Source of the DNA: the human T2T-CHM13v2.0 reference genome, Homo sapiens
Assembly: GCF_009914755.1 (NCBI RefSeq)
Contig: NC_060935.1
Length of the DNA: 64,000 nucleotides
Direction: 5' to 3' (one strand)
Shown: one piece after another, positions 60,413 to 64,000 of the stretch
How the letters are laid out: each line of letters opens with the position of its first letter
How positions within the stretch are numbered: position 1 is the first letter of the stretch
Notes under the pieces: model-generated
What the model was told of the DNA's origin: nothing
The model's input: only the letters and a program-made list of their open reading frames with translations
The model's database searches: none
Program-made: the position numbers and the translations under genes

Positions 60413-63400
60413 GGTGCTACTTGGTGATTTGAGTTCTTATTTATCCTGAGATAGTAACGCAATATCCCCATGCTTTTTGGGACTGGGAGGAAGGAGAGGA
60501 CCCCAGGATGAATACAATGCAGTTCCAGACCTTAAGGAGTTCCTATTGGGAGAGACAAACAGGGAAATAATCCCACGTGAAAAAAAACTGAGTCCTGAGA
60601 GCTGAAGTGATTTATCAAGTCCCAAGGTGCAGCTAGGACTTCAACCCAAGGCTCCTGACTCCAAGGCCCATAGAGTTTCCAGCACACCAAACCGCCTTTC
60701 CAGAGAGGGGGCCCTTTGAGTTGGCTTCCTAGGACAAGGAGGAGTTCATCAGGCGGCAAGCAGCTCAGACACAGGGAACAGCAAGTGCAAAGGCCAGGGG
60801 CACGGAATCAGAGGTGCCTCCCAGAGGCGGCAAGCTCTAAGCAAGCCGGTTCCAGAAAGACTTAGGAGAGGGCTTGGAGCCTGGAGGTAGAGTGAGGGCC
60901 GGAATTTTATCTTTTAAACACCAAGGAGCCGGCAGGCCGGGCGTGGTGGCTCAAGCCTGTAATCCCAACACTTTGAGAGGCCGAGACAAGAGGATTGCTG
61001 GATCCCAGGAATTTGAGACCAGCCTGGGCAACATGGTGATGCCCTATCTCTACTAAAAATTTTAAAATTAGCTGGGCGTGGTGATGTGCATCTGTAGTCC
61101 CAGCTACTCAGGAGGCTGAGGCAGGAGGATCACTTGACCCAGGAGGTCAAGCCGTGATCGCATCACTGCACTCCAGCCTGGTGACAGAGAGAGACCCAGT
61201 TTCTTTTTTTTCTTTCTTTTTTGCTTCTTCAGGACATTTATTCCATTACAGTATACCGATGCCACAGAGAACCTCAAATTTGACCTCGCTTTCTCTTTTG
61301 ATCTGCCAACACAGGTCCTAAGTCCAATCAAGAGCTGCTTTTGATAGGAAAAAGAGTTAATAGAGTGCTATTTCTGCCTTTTATAAATCCTCCAAGGGGG
61401 TTTAGGCAATACTGAGTTCCAGGCTTTGAAGGTACAAACTTAGGAGCTGAATGAGAAACTCAGTTCCTTAAAAATAAAAATAAAAATAAAGGAGCCAGCA
61501 AAATCCTTTACGCAGGACAATGACATGATGAAAGAGTGTCCCACTTTATTAGAGATCCAAAGCACGTGGTTGTTCACTGGAAAATGAGAAAAGAAAACAA
61601 CTAGATTCCTAAAGGTTGTAGTCAACTTTCTGGCTGTTATGGGGAACGCGTAATCATATATTATCACTTAGGAAGAATGGCCTGTGTTAATTAAGGCTGC
61701 CTAGTAACTTTGTTTTTTCCCCAAAGTTCTTTGAGGGCTAGCATCTCATTTTAGTCTCAGGGGAATCTTGAGCTGTTATTAAGGAAGGTTCTGCTTGTCC
61801 CATTTGACAGGTTTGGTGATTAGCATGGGGGTTGCCCCCTAGGAAGTGGAGGAGTGTGGGTTGGGACCCAGACCACCTGGATGTTCTGCAGGCTGCCCTG
61901 CCCTGCACAAGCTTCTAGCTCCCAGACAGGCACGGCAGGCCCAGACAGTGGCCCAGCTTGGGGCAGGGGCAAAGCCCATCGCAGTCCACAGTCCTTGGCG
62001 GTTTTCCGTCCCTTTCTGGGGACTCCCAGGGAAGACTGACCAGCCACTGTCCCTGTCTTACAGCAGGCAGTCACCAGGAGCATGAGGGACCAGGTGACTT
62101 CACAGCAGCATGAGAATAGCCATGAAAACTAAAACAAGGCTTGTGGACACTCCAAAAATACTCCACTGAAAGCGCCAGCCAGCATCGAAAATAAACCTGT
62201 CTGCTGGCTGCCTGCACAGAGGAGCCAGGGAGGGGCCACTGAGCCACACTTCCGGCCCCACACCCTTTTATTTTGGGAAAATCAAACCCTTCCCACCATG
62301 AGCTTGCCTGTGGGAGGGAAGCTGAGGCTGCCGTTGTCCTGTGAGATTTCGCTGGACGATGCTCAGGTGCAGAAGCGAGAGCTGACCCTTCCATTCATTC
62401 TTTCGTCCACCCGCAGGCACGTGCGCCTCCCTCTGTGTGCCAAGCGCTGTCCGTGGCATCAGGGCAGATGGAGCAGGGGCCGCCAGACTCGGCTTGAATC
62501 TGCTGTGCTGTGGACAGGCCTAGAGAGCTCGGCAGCACTTTCCCTCTAGGAGATGGGAGTGGGCTTATTGTGCTGTGAGGGGGTAAGGAGGCAGGGGAGA
62601 TCTTGTCTGTGCCAGGCACGTCCTGGGCCCCATGCAGATGACCAGCCTCATTAGTTCGTTATCTGCACTCGCTCATGCAGCCTCACCTCTGTGTGTGGCA
62701 GAGGACCCTGGCCTTTAACATTCCTGCCGTCTTACAGCCCCACCTGCTTCAAAGCTTCCGCACGCTTCTTAACCCCTGGACAGACCTGCAACCCCCGCCT
62801 GTGGCCTTGGCTCCCACTTCCAAGACCCTGATGAGTTTTGCTGGGAGGGCCTGGTCGCTGCTTTCTTCTCAGAGGAAAGTGGCCCCTTCCCACCTCACTC
62901 AGCCTCCTGCTCCCCTGCCCTGGCCCTGGCCGGCTCACTTCTGGAACAAACTCCTTCCTCCCAGCCTTCCCATCTCTGGTCTCTTCCTGATCTGGATCCT
63001 TCTCTCTCTCTCTCTCTTTTTTTTTTTTTTTTTTTGAGATAGGGGCTCACTCTGTTGCCCAGGCTAGAGTACACTGGTGCAATCACAGCTCATGGCATCC
63101 CTGACTTTCCAGGCTCCAGTAATCCTTCCATCTCAGCCTCCCAAGTAGCTGGGGCTACAGGCCCGACTAATATTTGTATTTTTGGTAGAGATGGGGTTTT
63201 GCCATGTTGCCAAGGTTGGTCTCCAACTCCTGAGCTCACACTTGAGCTCCACCTGCCTTGGCCTCCCAAAGTGCTGGGATTACAGGCATTAGCCACAGTG
63301 CCTGGCGACCCAGATCCCTTTCTACCTGGGGCCAGAGATTTCCTCCTAAATAGAAAACCTGACCCCACCCTGGTCTTTGGGCGAGACACCTCTTTTGCTT

Positions 63401-63437
63401 TTTCGTAGTTCACAGCTCCTTTCCCAAAGCTCAGTGA

Positions 63438-63764
<327 letters not shown>

Positions 63765-64000
63765 TAGGCGTGAGCCACCACGCCTGACCTCCCCCTCTCG
63801 TTTTATCTACTTAGCTTTTTCTTGAAAGCCTTGTCCTTTTATCTACTTAGCTGTATCTTGAAAGCGACTCTCTTAAAAATTTAAAATTTAAAAATTTTTA
63901 ATTTTTTGTGTCTCTGTTACAAAAAGAAAACAGTCTATGGCAAAGATTGCTGGTGTCACCCAGTATCTTTTCATCCCTTCTCACTTTACACAAGATCCCC

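Overview
Primate, almost certainly human, genomic DNA from the ANO1-FADD locus (11q13.3 in human). The identification rests on the spliced protein sequences read from the window. The + strand carries the last five coding exons and 3' UTR of ANO1/TMEM16A (2081-20754) and the complete two-exon FADD gene (CDS 34414-34699 + 37087-37427, 208 aa) with its CpG-island promoter. A two-LTR HERV-H provirus lies on the - strand (44902-51110), with a CTTAG target-site duplication and a perfect tRNA-His primer-binding site. Its coding genes are decayed and an AluY has inserted into its polypurine tract. The rest is Alu-dense, with MER4-, LTR22- and MaLR-type LTRs, a deleted L1, MER30, a collapsed MADE1 and long simple repeats. 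Almost all other ORFs in the supplied track are Alu or simple-repeat artefacts. I found no new gene system. The leads most worth testing are: an intact HERV-H promoter/splice donor pointing antisense at FADD; a splice donor reconstituted at an ANO1 exon junction that would give an NMD-escaping truncation; non-canonical FADD reading frames; an Alu-Alu recombination duplication; and a small template-switch scar. Repeat boundaries and subfamily names were assigned by eye and are approximate.
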